64,000 nt of DNA from Mobula hypostoma (Eukaryota). The notes beneath the pieces are model-generated. The model had not been told where the DNA came from and made no database searches. It was given only the letters and a program-made list of their open reading frames with translations. A program made the position numbers and the translations under genes. The stretch lies in NCBI RefSeq assembly GCF_963921235.1, contig NC_086097.1, forward strand, positions 159,404,001 through 159,468,000, read 5' to 3'. How positions within the stretch are numbered: position 1 is the first letter of the stretch; each line of letters begins with the position of its first letter. Positions 61,785-64,000 of this stretch are shown in pieces.

Positions 61785-62022
61785 GGTTGTCCAGCCCATC
61801 AAATCTATGCTGGTTCTGAGAGCAACTCACTTTATCCATTTATTTCCCCGCAACCTGTTTGCTATCGCACACACATTAACTCCATCCTATTTTTCATATT
61901 GCCCAATTTATAATGGCCAATTAACCTAACTATCGGCACAACACATGATGTGAGAGGAAATCCATGCCTTCAAGGGAAAGTCATACAGTCACAAAGAAAA
62001 TGTGCAAACTTCATACAGGCAG
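61785..62022 (-). mobile_element. V-SINE fragment
   Basis: caatttataatggccaattaaccta...gatgtgagaggaaatcc...cagtcacaaagaaaatgtgcaaacttcatacaggc. Confidence 0.7.
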
Positions 62023-62023
62023 T

Positions 62024-64000
62024 CAGGAACCAGAAACCCTGGATCAATAGTTCAGTGCAAACAGTACTTATAACACGGCATCAAGCTTACATCACTGGCG
62101 ATCAGCTGGAGCTCGAGAAAAGCAGCAATGATCTGCACAAAGCTATCAAGGCTGTGAAACAACAGTACGGGGACAAGACTGAGTCAAGATTCACAATGAA
62201 TAGCACATGTGACTTGTGGCGAGGGCTGCGTACCATCGTAGACTTCAAAGCCAAACTTTGTGGTGCCGCCAACATCGTGGCCTCTCTCTCAGTCGCCTTT
62301 ATGCTTGGTTCGACGTCGCTAACTCTGAGCCTCCGAGGAAAGCCACCGGTACACCCTGCAACGTGATCATCTCTGAGGCTGAGGTACACAGATGTTTCCA
62401 ACGAGTGGACAGTCACAAGGCTGTGGGACCAGACAGCATCCCAGGGCAAGTATTCAGGATGTGCGCAGCACAACTGGCAGGTGTGTTTACTGACATTTTT
62501 AATCTCTCCCTCTCCCAGTGTAGAGTGCCCTCCTGCTTTAAATTATTCACCATTGTCCCTGTACCAACAAAGACGAAGGTAACATGCCTAAACGACAGGT
62601 GTCCTGTTCCACTCACCTCAATAATAAGCAAATGTTTTGAGAGGCCAGTTCAAGGGTTACATCTGCAGCTTGCTACCACCCAAACTGAACCCCATACAAT
62701 TCGGCTACTGACACAACCGATCGACAGAGGACGCATTAGCCACTGCTCTACATACCATTCTTACACATCTGGAGAAGTAGGATGCTTATGTGAGAATGCT
62801 GTTCTTGGACTACGGTTCATCATTCAACACCATAGTTCCATCCAGGCTCGACAAGGAGCTCGGAGACCTCGGCCTTGACCCTGCCTTGTGCAGCTGGATC
62901 CTGGACTTCCTGTCAGATCGCCAGCAGGTGGTAAGAGTGGGCTCCCTCACTTCCACCCATGACTCTCGATACAGGAGCCCCTCAGGGCTGCTTACTGAGT
63001 CCCCTCCTTTACTCCCTGTATACCCATGACTGTGTTGCCACCCACAGCTCTAATCTGCTAATTAAATTTGCCGACAACACTACATTGATTGGGCTTATCT
63101 CGATCAATAACGAGGTGGTCTGCAGGGAAGAGAGTCATCTCTCTGACACAGTGGTGTCAAGAAAGCTACCTCTCCCTCAATATTGCAAAAACAAAGAAGC
63201 TGGTTGTGAATTACAGGAGGAATGGAGATGGGTTAACCCCTATTGACATCAATGGATCTGGGGTTGAGAGGGTAAACAGCTTTAAAGGAGGGAGGAGAAG
63301 ATGGTGGCGCGACACAGTGCGTGCGGCCTCTCCGGTGAAATGATATCGTATTTGTTAAATAGGGGTCATGCATAATCCTGATTTGATGGAGACGGACATG
63401 AGAAGCACAGAGGAACATCTGGAGAAACTTCTGAAATGCCCGGTTTGCTGCCGCTGCGATCGAGAATCTCCGGAGGGAAGGCTCCAAATCCTCGGCTTTG
63501 CCTGTTGCTGGTGGCCGGGGCTGGGATTGAAGTGCTTGGCAGAGATGGTGCTCGGTGCTCGGTGTCGGAGGGCTGGTCAGAGGCTCAAAGTTTTCGGATG
63601 GACTGAGAGTCGGACTGTGGTCGGGTGCTTCCAGGATGCTGCATCGGCAAGTTTGTGGTGCTGGAAGCTCATGGCAGGAAGAGTTTTCTTCCTTCTACCG
63701 TCTGCATGAGATGATGAGATTTTCGAGAGACTTTGAGACTTTCTTTACCGTGCCCATGGTCTGTTCTTCTATCAAATTACGGTATTACTTGCATTGTTGT
63801 AACTATATGTTATAATTATGTGGTTTTTGTCACTTTTTCAGTCTTGGTCTGTCTTGTGTTTCTGTGATATCACACTGGAGGAACATTGTATCATTTCTTA
63901 ATGCATGCATTACTAAATGACAATAAGAGAGGACTGCGTGTCCTCATAATCTAATCTAAAAAAAATGTTCCTTGGCAACCACATCACCAAGGATCTCACG
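62024..64000 (+). mobile_element. Rex1/Babar ORF (tether + RT), frameshifted, runs off window end
   Basis: NQKPWIN, KAVGPDSIPG, QLAGVFTDIFNLSL, VRMLFLDYGSSFNTIVP, GAPQGCLLSPLLYSLYTHDC, KFADNTT, VERVNSFK | FLGNHITKDLT resumes at ~63967. Confidence 0.93.
63287..63965 (+). mobile_element. ~680-bp non-coding retroposon nested in the Rex1 RT
   Basis: Splits the Rex1 FK|FLG motif; CpG-rich 5' part beginning gagaagatggtggcgc; 3' end ctggaggaacattg...atgacaataag...(aatct)n plus A-run. Confidence 0.75.

Overview
Eukaryotic, repeat-dominated intergenic or intronic DNA, most likely from a cartilaginous fish. A ray is suggested by the mix of HE1/V-SINEs, many CR1 LINEs, Rex1/Babar, RTE, L1, Tx1 and Penelope-like elements (PLEs); this is inference from the repeat repertoire only. 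No host protein-coding gene, rRNA, tRNA or CRISPR could be supported, and essentially every long ORF is a transposon remnant. More than half of the window is decayed, often nested mobile DNA: three multi-kb CR1 copies, several Rex1 copies, an RTE with a 5' inversion, two L1 3' fragments, a Tx1 fragment, an internally deleted hAT transposon with TIRs and an 8-bp TSD, two ~860-bp solo LTRs with 4-bp TSDs, and about ten PLE pieces carrying minimal hammerhead ribozyme motifs. The most interesting signals are mechanistic. A 95-bp TSD-flanked insertion is little more than a hammerhead whose stem I is completed by the target site. One PLE ends at the predicted ribozyme cleavage site. Head-to-head PLE-end mini-insertions with 11-15 bp TSDs recur. 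Both solo LTRs sit inside PLEs. A 34-bp higher-order minisatellite arose from LINE coding sequence. None of this amounts to a demonstrated new system. Boundaries of old elements are approximate (tens of bp) unless a TSD is quoted, and family names come from recalled motifs, not database searches.
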